Source: Bdellovibrionota bacterium
GTDB taxonomy: Bacteria > Bdellovibrionota_C > UBA2361 > JAAYZI01
Direction of reading: 5' to 3'
DNA: 64,000 bases
NCBI GenBank assembly: GCA_050950765.1
Contig: JBMNIF010000001.1
Location: 320,001-384,000 of the forward strand
This document shows positions 51,815-59,762 of this stretch, one piece after another. The translations under genes were made by a program, and so were the position numbers. The notes under the pieces are model-generated. The model ran no database searches. It was given only the letters and a program-made list of their open reading frames with translations, and was not told the DNA's origin. Position 1 is the first letter of the stretch; each line of letters starts with the position of its first letter.

Positions 51815-54358
51815 ATGCGACAGGCGGAACTTAAGAAGCTGCTCCCTTATTCTTCGCAGTTTATCGATATTTCCGGATTTAAAATGCATTACCTTGATGA
51901 AGGTAGTGGTCCAGTAGTTCTGTTGTTGCACGGCAATCCGACATGGTGTTTTTATTATCGTAATCTGATAGCAGAATTAAAAGATAAGTTTCGTGTGATC
52001 GCACTTGATTTTATCGGTTGTGGTTTATCGGATCATCCAACTGATGCGCATTTTAGGGTTGAGCATAGAATTGAACATTTGAAGGAGTTTATTGATAAAC
52101 TCGGCTTGGATCGATTTTCACTCGTCATGCACGATTGGGGCGGTTCTATCGGAACTGCTTATGCTGTGCGTAATCCGGAAAAGATTGAAAAGTTGGTTTA
52201 TTTAAATACTACTTTAACTGAGACGGAGACCCTACCACTCATAATTAAAAAAGCTGCTAGACCCTTTTTTGGAAAGTTTCTTACTAAATATTCGAAGTGG
52301 TTTTTGCACGTTACAACTACGCTTGGTGTAACGAAAAAATTACCTAAAAATGTTAAGAAGGCGTACCTGCACCCTTATCGTACGATAGCTAAGCGTACTG
52401 CTATTTGGGATTTTGTGGCTGACATCCCTTTCGGTGAGAGCTATCAAGGGTATAGTAGTATGCTGGAATTAGCGGAGATGTTGCCTCGTTTGCAGAATGT
52501 GCCTGTTCAGATAGTGTGGGGGCTTAAAGATCCGTGCTTCCATAGGGGGATGTTAAATAAAGTTGCTGCGCATTTTCCGCAAGCTTATATTTTGGAGATC
52601 CCTGATGCGTCGCACCTTGTTTTAGAAGATGCTCCGCAACTAGCGTGTTCAACGATAAAGAATTTTTTATTAGCTTCGCCTGCTGAAGAACAAAACCATC
52701 GACACGATAGACCGAATGAGGTGAACGTTTTATATAGTCACTTTTTAAAAATACGTGACCTTAGGAAACAGTGTAACGCCATAATGGTGCCGAGCTTTTT
52801 GGGCGATCCTGTTAAGTATGCACAGGTAACATATGAGGCGTTAAATAATCTTGTAAATCAGTATCAACGTGGTTTGGCAGAGGCTGGATTGCGCTGCGGA
52901 GACAAGGTAATCATGCTAGTTTCTCCAGGGATAGATTTCTTGGCGTTAAGTTATGCGGTAATGGGGCGCGGAGGAATTCCGATCTTCTTAGATCCAGGCA
53001 TGGGGCTCAAAAAACTTTTAAAATGTATAGAAGATGCTGCGCCGGAGGGATTTATCGTTTCGCCAAAAGCACATCTGCTAAGACTGGCAAAGCCAGGGAT
53101 CTTTCACAAAGCGAAGTTTTACGTTACGGCGAGTGAATGGTTTCCTTTTGCAGGACTGACTACCTCTTTTATGAAGAAGTATTCAGCTAAGCCACTTCCG
53201 GAAGTTACCTCTTCAGGAACGTGTTTAATTGCTTATACTTCAGGAGCGACGGGAGATCCTAAAGGGGTGATTTTTACTGATTCAATGATAGCGGATCAAT
53301 TAAGGATCTTTAAAGATGTTTTCGGATTCTCGGCGGAGAATGGAGAGAAAGACCTGCCGCTTCTTCCAGTGTTTTCGCTTTTTACTGTGGCGTTAGGGGT
53401 TTGCAGTGTTTTTCCGCCTGTAAATCCGGCGAAGCCTCTTGAGTTGGAGCCGCATAAAATAGTGCGTTTAATAAATGATCTGCAGATAGCGTATTCGTTC
53501 GGTTCTCCAGCGTTGTGGAATAAGATCTCTGAATATTGTGTGCGTAGTAGTAATAGGTTGCCGTCACTGCGTAAAATTTTTATGGCGGGAGCGCCCGTGC
53601 AGAGGGTGACATTGGAACGTTTGAAGGACTTACTCGATGATGGAGAGGCAACAACTCCTTACGGCGCTACGGAAGCTTTGCCTGTCACTTTAATTACGAT
53701 GGATCAGATTTTAAATGCGCAGCCGTGTTGTGCTACGAGTGGTGAGTGCGGTGTTTTAGTTGGGAAACAGATTGCTAGTATGCGAGTGGGGGTGATCGCT
53801 TCAGTTGCGGAGGCTATTCCTGATATTTCAGATGTAAAGTGGTTGCCGAACTATCAGATCGGTGAGGTCGTTGTCTCGGGAGCTAATGTTAGTCCGGAGT
53901 ACTTTGAAAATCCGCAAGCTACAAAATTAGCTAAGATAAAAGATGGTGATACTTTTTGGCATCGTATGGGAGATATGGGGTACCTTGATGCTGAAGGGAA
54001 TTTATATTTTTGTGGAAGAAAGGCGCATGTCGTAAGTTGTAAGGGGCGTACCTATTACAGTGTGCCGACGGAGAAGGTTTTTAATGCGCATCCGAAAGTT
54101 GCACGTAGTGCTTTGATTCCTGTGGAGGGTGGGCAAGATGTTGGCATTGTAGTGGAGCCGTATCCTCAATATTGGCAAGAGCTGCCTCAGATAAAAGAGC
54201 GCTTTTTAAAAGAGCTGGCAGATCTGGCAGGGGCGAATCCGATCACTGCTGATATAAAAAAGTTTTTCTTCTATAAATCTTTTCCTGTTGATGGTCGCCA
54301 TAACGCCAAGATCTTTCGTGATCGTTTAGCAGAGTTAATAGCAGACGAAAAATGTTAA
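51815..54358 (+). CDS. oleBC: OleB-OleC fusion (beta-lactone decarboxylase + beta-lactone synthetase)
   Basis: N-terminal HLD-like alpha/beta hydrolase (LHGNPTW, MHDWGG); C-terminal AMP-binding domain (YTSGATGDPKG, TPYGATEALP, WHRMGD, FPVDGRHNAKI). Confidence 0.88.
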   Translation: MRQAELKKLLPYSSQFIDISGFKMHYLDEGSGPVVLLLHGNPTWCFYYRNLIAELKDKFRVIALDFIGCGLSDHPTDAHFRVEHRIEHLKEFIDKLGLDRFSLVMHDWGGSIGTAYAVRNPEKIEKLVYLNTTLTETETLPLIIKKAARPFFGKFLTKYSKWFLHVTTTLGVTKKLPKNVKKAYLHPYRTIAKRTAIWDFVADIPFGESYQGYSSMLELAEMLPRLQNVPVQIVWGLKDPCFHRGMLNKVAAHFPQAYILEIPDASHLVLEDAPQLACSTIKNFLLASPAEEQNHRHDRPNEVNVLYSHFLKIRDLRKQCNAIMVPSFLGDPVKYAQVTYEALNNLVNQYQRGLAEAGLRCGDKVIMLVSPGIDFLALSYAVMGRGGIPIFLDPGMGLKKLLKCIEDAAPEGFIVSPKAHLLRLAKPGIFHKAKFYVTASEWFPFAGLTTSFMKKYSAKPLPEVTSSGTCLIAYTSGATGDPKGVIFTDSMIADQLRIFKDVFGFSAENGEKDLPLLPVFSLFTVALGVCSVFPPVNPAKPLELEPHKIVRLINDLQIAYSFGSPALWNKISEYCVRSSNRLPSLRKIFMAGAPVQRVTLERLKDLLDDGEATTPYGATEALPVTLITMDQILNAQPCCATSGECGVLVGKQIASMRVGVIASVAEAIPDISDVKWLPNYQIGEVVVSGANVSPEYFENPQATKLAKIKDGDTFWHRMGDMGYLDAEGNLYFCGRKAHVVSCKGRTYYSVPTEKVFNAHPKVARSALIPVEGGQDVGIVVEPYPQYWQELPQIKERFLKELADLAGANPITADIKKFFFYKSFPVDGRHNAKIFRDRLAELIADEKC

Positions 54359-54710
54359 AGTGCTGTGCCCCTTGTAGTAGTTGTGAGATCGCTTTAGTGC
54401 GAGAGGGTGTGAGAGTAGTTTTTTAAGTGAGTGGGGGAGATATGAAGTGCATAGTTTTTGGTGGTGGCTTCCTCTGCTCGGTAAAAACACTTTGTTGAAA
54501 TTTTTTTCTGTTGATGGGGTGGTATAACGCTAAGATCTTTCGTGATCGTTTAGCACAGTTAGTAGCAGACGAAAAATGTTAAAGTGCTGTGCCCCTTGTA
54601 GTAGTTGTGAGATCGCTTTAGTGCGAGAGGGTGTGAGAGTAGTTTTTTAAGTGAGTGGGGGGGAGATATGAAGTGCATAGTTTTTGGTGGAGGCGGCTTT
54701 CTTGGTAAGG
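54279..54710 (+). repeat. Tandem duplication (~226 bp) of the oleBC end, spacer and oleD start
   Basis: AAGATCTTTCGTGATCGTTTAGCA..GACGAAAAATGTTAAAGTGCTG...GAGATATGAAGTGCATAGTTTTTGGTGG occurs twice, with ATGs at 54442 and 54668. Confidence 0.9.
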
Positions 54711-55645
54711 CACTTTGTCGATCTTTAGTAGAGGCAGGTTATGAAGTTGTTTCGGTGTCGCGTGGCAACTATCCTGAGTTGAAAGATCTTGGTGTGCAGT
54801 GTGTGCAGCGGGATATTAGTAATCCTCTAAATGATTGTGAAGCTTTTAGTGGTGCAGAGGTGGTGTTTCATACTGCGGCGAAAGTTTCGATGTGGGGGGA
54901 TTATCAAGATTTCTTTCGAGTGAACGTTACAGGAACGCTTAATATTATTGAGGCGTGTCGGAAGTTTGGTATTAAACGGTTAGTTTATACCAGTTCTCCG
55001 AGTGTGATTGCTGACGAAACGGATCTTAAAGGAGTTGATGAGAGCTATCCTTATCCTGCCAAACATATAGCGCACTATCCGGCAACGAAGATGTTAGCCG
55101 AGAAAAAGGTTTTAGAAGCTAACGGTGCAGATCTTCAAACGGTAGTATTGAGACCGCATCTAATTTGGGGCATGGGAGACACAAATTTAATTCCAGCTGT
55201 ATTGGAGAAGGCGCGCGCTGGGAAATTGGTTTGTGTAGGATCTGGGGATAATGTAGTTGATTTAACTTTTATTAAAGATTGCGTAACGGCGCATCTGTGT
55301 GCGGCGAAGGCGCTAAGTACGAATCCTGTATGTAGGGGAAAGGCGTATTTTATCTCGCAAGGGGATCCTGTGAAGCTTTGGGATTGGATTGATGAGATCC
55401 TTGTTAGAAACGGCTTGCCGAAAGTTTCAAAGAGTGTGCCGTATCGGTTGGCTTATTATGGTGCGGGGGTGATGGAACTTCTTGCAAAGATCGGTTTATT
55501 GAAAGAGCCACTTTTTACAAGATTTCTAATATCAGAGATGGCGACTGATCACTATTTTAATATTGAAGCAGCCAAGCGAGATCTAGGCTACCTCCCGTCT
55601 TGTTCTATGGCAGAGGCGCTGGATTTAACCTATCCGCGCGCGTAG
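54668..55645 (+). CDS. oleD: OleD 2-alkyl-3-oxoalkanoate reductase (extended SDR)
   Basis: GGGGFLG, FHTAAK, YTSSPSV, YPATK and LRPHLIWG motifs. Confidence 0.88.
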   Translation: MKCIVFGGGGFLGKALCRSLVEAGYEVVSVSRGNYPELKDLGVQCVQRDISNPLNDCEAFSGAEVVFHTAAKVSMWGDYQDFFRVNVTGTLNIIEACRKFGIKRLVYTSSPSVIADETDLKGVDESYPYPAKHIAHYPATKMLAEKKVLEANGADLQTVVLRPHLIWGMGDTNLIPAVLEKARAGKLVCVGSGDNVVDLTFIKDCVTAHLCAAKALSTNPVCRGKAYFISQGDPVKLWDWIDEILVRNGLPKVSKSVPYRLAYYGAGVMELLAKIGLLKEPLFTRFLISEMATDHYFNIEAAKRDLGYLPSCSMAEALDLTYPRA

Positions 55646-55651
55646 CTCGAG

Positions 55652-56535
55652 AATTTGGTGCCACCCTTCAGCTAAAAGTGGGTGTCCTAATTGAAAATTT
55701 GGTGCCACCCTTCAGTTTGGGCAGATCTAGCAATTTTAGCTGCGGCTGTCGCTGGTGCCACCCACCAGTAAAAAGTGGGTGTCCTAATTGGCAACGGGGT
55801 TAAAAACTGGTGCCACCCATTAATACCGCAGACGCTCTAAAACTACCTAACTAATAATATCAAGACGTTAGCAAAAGCTTAAAATTTGGCAGTTTTGGTG
55901 CCACCCTTCAGGGACGCTAGGACGGGCTGCAACTAAAAAACAAATTGGTTAGATCTTTACGAGGGTTAAAAATTTGGTGCCACCCTTCAGTTTGGGCAGA
56001 TCTAGCAATTTTAGCTGCGGCTGTCGCTGGTGCCACCCACCAGTAAAAAGTGGGTGTCCTAATTGGCAACGGGGTTAAAAACTGGTGCCACCCATTAATA
56101 CCGCAGACGCTCTAAAACTACCCTAACTAATAATATCAAGACGTTAGCAAAAGCTTAAATTTGGCAGTTTTGGTGCCACCCTTCAGTTTGGGCAGATCTA
56201 GCAATTTTAGCTGCGGCTGTCGCTGGTGCTACCCTTCAGCAAAAAGTGGGTGTCCTAATTGGCAATGGGGTTAAAAACTGGTGCCACCCATTAATACCGC
56301 AGACGCTCTAAAACTACCCTAGTTAATAATATCAGGACGTTAGCAAAAGCTTAAATTTGGCAGTTTTGGTGCCACCCACCAGTAAGACGGGATCTGGTAG
56401 ATTTAGCTAGCTTGCAACTGGTGCCACCCTTCAGGGACGATTGTTTAAAGTGGGTGTCCTAATTGGCAGCAGGGCTTGGATTTGGTGCCACCCTTCAGGA
56501 ATTTTTTCCCTCCCTGCAAGGTGGGTGGCACCAGT
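55652..56535 (-). repeat. Modular repeat cluster R6 (reverse orientation, TGGTGCCACCC cores)
   Basis: Many TGGTGCCACCC cores with reverse-complement A/B/C modules and an extra module (TTCAGTTTGGGCAGATCTAGCAATTTTAGCTGCGGC); last core at ~56524 is inverted. Confidence 0.9.
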
Positions 56536-56694
56536 GTTTATGTATTTTTTTTGTAAAAAATATGTATCCTTTTTGTATTACTATCATCAAACTAACTATG
56601 GATGGAGAGAGGAGTGTAGGGTAAGAACGTATAATAAAATGCTAATCATGCGATTTTATTGGGTATTTTTATGTTCTTCTAAGAGAGTGTGGAT

Positions 56695-56982
56695 ATGATA
56701 GAGTTTAATGATGATCAGCTCCTGATTTTTGAAAAAGAGCGTATCGAATGCGCCGATGTTTTGTCTTTATTAGGAGACCTGCACGACGATGAATTGCCTG
56801 AAGTTTTAAAAGAACGTGTAGAGCACCACATCGCAGAATGCGAATATTGCAGAACAGTAAGAGACGAGTATGAGCTGACCATCTTTATTGCACATCAATT
56901 ACAGCAAACTGAAATCCCGTTAGATGTTCATAACAGACTTAGGGAGAGCCTTAATCGCAGACTCGGATTGAATCTTAAATAG
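56695..56982 (+). CDS. Small zf-HC2 (ZAS) anti-sigma-like protein
   Basis: C..V...L....D.EL.......VEHHIAECEYC (HxxxCxxC). Confidence 0.8.
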   Translation: MIEFNDDQLLIFEKERIECADVLSLLGDLHDDELPEVLKERVEHHIAECEYCRTVRDEYELTIFIAHQLQQTEIPLDVHNRLRESLNRRLGLNLK

Positions 56983-57742
56983 TTTTTGGTGCCACCCTTC
57001 AGGGACGATTGAGCGGGCTGCAACTAAAAAACAAATTGGTTAGGTCTCTACGGAGGTCAAAAATTTGGTGCCACCCATTAATACCGCAGACGCTTTAAAA
57101 GTACCCTAACTAATAATATCAAGACGTTAGCAAAAGCTTAAATTTGGCAGTTTTGGTGCCACCCTTCAGTTTGGGCAGATCTAGCAATTTTAGCTGCGGC
57201 TGTCGCTGGTGCCACCCACCAGTAAAAAGTGGGTGTCCTAATTGGTAGCAGGGCTTGGATTTGGCGTTAAAAACTGGTGCCACCCATTAATACCGCAGAC
57301 GCTCTAAAACTACCCTAACTAATAATATCAAGACGTTAGCAAAAGCTTAAATTTGGCAGTTTTGGTGCCACCCTTCAGTTTGGGCAGATCTAGCAATTTT
57401 AGCTGCGGCTGTCGCTGGTGCTACCCTTCAGCAAAAAGTGGGTGTCCTAATTGGTAGCAGGGCTTGGATTTGGTGCCACCCTTCAGGGACGATTGAGTGG
57501 GCTGCAACTAAAAAACAAATTGGTTAGGTCTCTACGGAGGTCAAAAATTTGGTGCCACCCTTCAGGGACGATTGAGCGAGCTGCAACTAAAAAACAAATT
57601 GGTTAGGTCTCTACGGAGGTCAAAAATTTGGTGCCACCCTTCAGTAAGACGCCCCCACTAGGGACGGTTGAACGGGCTGATACTGAAAAGCGAATCAGCT
57701 AGATTTTTACGAAGGTAAAAAGTGCCACCCTTCAGCTAAAAG
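56983..57742 (-). repeat. Modular repeat cluster R7 (reverse orientation)
   Basis: Begins immediately after the TAG of the zf-HC2 gene; multiple TGGTGCCACCC cores. Confidence 0.9.
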
Positions 57743-57832
57743 TGGTCAAACTTAGCCTACCGCAAGGGTAGCGTCGAATTTGGCTTATATCTTTTTTATT
57801 ATTGTTTTTGAGCGCAAAATATTATACCGATT

Positions 57833-58519
57833 ATGAAGAAACCTTTAAACAGGGGAGAAAAAATGTTTACTTTTAGAAAGTTAATATCTTATTGCTTGAT
57901 TTTAATAGTTTTTTCAGCTTGTTCTGCACGGGAAAGTAGTCATGTTGTTGCTCCGAAGTATACCAGAGCAAGTCAGCAAGGGCATAAGCGATCTATCTCG
58001 GTTGCACTCGGTAAGGTTGAAAACAGGTCGCAATATATGGTTGGTGTCTTTTTCTCCGGTAATAGCAAACTGACTACACAGGCAAAGCAGATGCTGACAA
58101 TGCACTTAGCACAAAGTGGTTGCTTTGATGTTAGAGACAGAAATAATTTGGATGAAGGTGCGGCTGAAGCAAAATATCTGGGGAAAAAGGTGAAGATAGC
58201 AGGTGCCGAATATATTATTACTGGTGCTGTGACCGAATTCGGACGAAGAGAGCTCGGTTCATCCAGTAGTATCTTTGCAAAATCAAAACGTCAAATAATG
58301 TATGCAAACTTTTCAATTTCGTTGGTTAATGCACTTGATTCTCGCGTGATCTCATCAGCTTCCGGAGCTGGTGAAGTGCAGCTTTCAACAAAAGAAGTTC
58401 TTGGTTTTGGCTCTAAAGCAGGTTATGACACCACCCTTGCAGATAAGGTATTAGATCTAGCAATAAGGGAAGCCGTTGATAACCTCATCATCGATTTAGA
58501 AGGACGGGGCATACTTTAA
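57833..58519 (+). CDS. CsgG/HfaB family lipoprotein
   Basis: FSAC lipobox; F.V.DR, ITGAVTEFGR and GYDTTL.DKVL..AI motifs. Confidence 0.85.
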   Translation: MKKPLNRGEKMFTFRKLISYCLILIVFSACSARESSHVVAPKYTRASQQGHKRSISVALGKVENRSQYMVGVFFSGNSKLTTQAKQMLTMHLAQSGCFDVRDRNNLDEGAAEAKYLGKKVKIAGAEYIITGAVTEFGRRELGSSSSIFAKSKRQIMYANFSISLVNALDSRVISSASGAGEVQLSTKEVLGFGSKAGYDTTLADKVLDLAIREAVDNLIIDLEGRGIL

Positions 58520-58884
58520 TGCGAGCTGCAATTTATACTATTATATTAATGTTGCTTTTTACGGGTTGTGCTGATAAGCGCTATACTCCTTCACTTTATT
58601 ATTGGCCTACCTATTCTTCTGTTGTAAAGGAACAGGTACTAACGCCAGAACAATTTGATAGTGAAAAAAATGCAACGCTATTAATTGAAGATTACGCAAA
58701 AAGAGGGGATGCAGTTACCCCTCCAGGTGTAAATATATATATCGCTTATCTTTTAATTATGAATGGCAAGTTGGAAGAAGCAAAAAAATATTTCATTAAA
58801 GAAGCAGAGCTATTCCCCGAATCAAAGGTTTGGATCGATAATATTATAGAGAATAATCTGTCAGAGCTGAAAGAAGCTACATAA
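58519..58884 (+). CDS. DUF4810-like lipoprotein
   Basis: FTGC lipobox; LYYW..Y, PPG and E..LFPES motifs; context. Confidence 0.8.
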   Translation: MRAAIYTIILMLLFTGCADKRYTPSLYYWPTYSSVVKEQVLTPEQFDSEKNATLLIEDYAKRGDAVTPPGVNIYIAYLLIMNGKLEEAKKYFIKEAELFPESKVWIDNIIENNLSELKEAT

Positions 58885-58937
58885 ATTTAGTCTCTGTTGC
58901 GAGTCGTCATAATAGATAATGTTGCAGGATAAAAAAG

Positions 58938-59624
58938 TTGATGTATTTCAAGGTGAAAATATTACTTACAAAGGCTACTTTCTTGGGAGTCTTGTTTTCT
59001 TTTTCGGCGTGTTCTGCAAGACATGATTTCGTTACATATAGAGAAAACATGCCGCAGTCGATTCTGATCTTGCCGCCTCTGAATGAAAGTAATGAAGTTG
59101 TTTTGCCGGACATAGCTTTAACTCTTATTCCAGAATATGTAGCTGAGTCTGGATATTACGCCTTTCCACCGTTAGTGGTGCAGGATTATTTTAGATCTAA
59201 TGGCGCGCCTTCTGCTGCTGAGATAAATGAAATTCCATATCAGACCCTGCGGGAGGTCTTTGGCGCCGATGCAGCTTTAAAAATAACTATAAAAAAATAT
59301 TCTTATCGCTATTTTGTACTTTATGCCGGTTGGGATTACAAATTAGAACTTTCATTAATCTCATTAAAAACAGGTGTAGAACTTTGGAAAAGACGGGTTC
59401 ATGTTGAAGATGCTGCGGGAGGTTCTGGCAATCCGGTTAGAAGTGCCATTAATGCAGCAGTTCATGCTGCAATAGCTTCAGCATCTAACAAACAGAATAT
59501 AATGGTTAAGTTGACCAATAAGGCACTCAATGTCGCCATAAGAAACAGGAGGAGTGGGATGTTGCTAGGAGATCGTCGTCCGAACAAGGATCTGGACAAA
59601 AGAGGTTTGGTTAAAAAGCAATAG
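58938..59624 (+). CDS. DUF799/GNA1162-like lipoprotein
   Basis: FSAC lipobox; P.SILILPP.NES, E.GYY.FP and FGADA motifs. Confidence 0.8.
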   Translation: MMYFKVKILLTKATFLGVLFSFSACSARHDFVTYRENMPQSILILPPLNESNEVVLPDIALTLIPEYVAESGYYAFPPLVVQDYFRSNGAPSAAEINEIPYQTLREVFGADAALKITIKKYSYRYFVLYAGWDYKLELSLISLKTGVELWKRRVHVEDAAGGSGNPVRSAINAAVHAAIASASNKQNIMVKLTNKALNVAIRNRRSGMLLGDRRPNKDLDKRGLVKKQ

Positions 59625-59762
59625 GCTGTCCTCCTTGTTTTGTCAGATCTTCACCTTGCTTCTTAAGCTTTTAGCACAGTTTCATATGTTTTGTTGGTGA
59701 ATTAGATCTAGACTCTTTTTTTGGTTGGAAGTATTGGCATAAGTTGGTTATAGTCTACCCTT

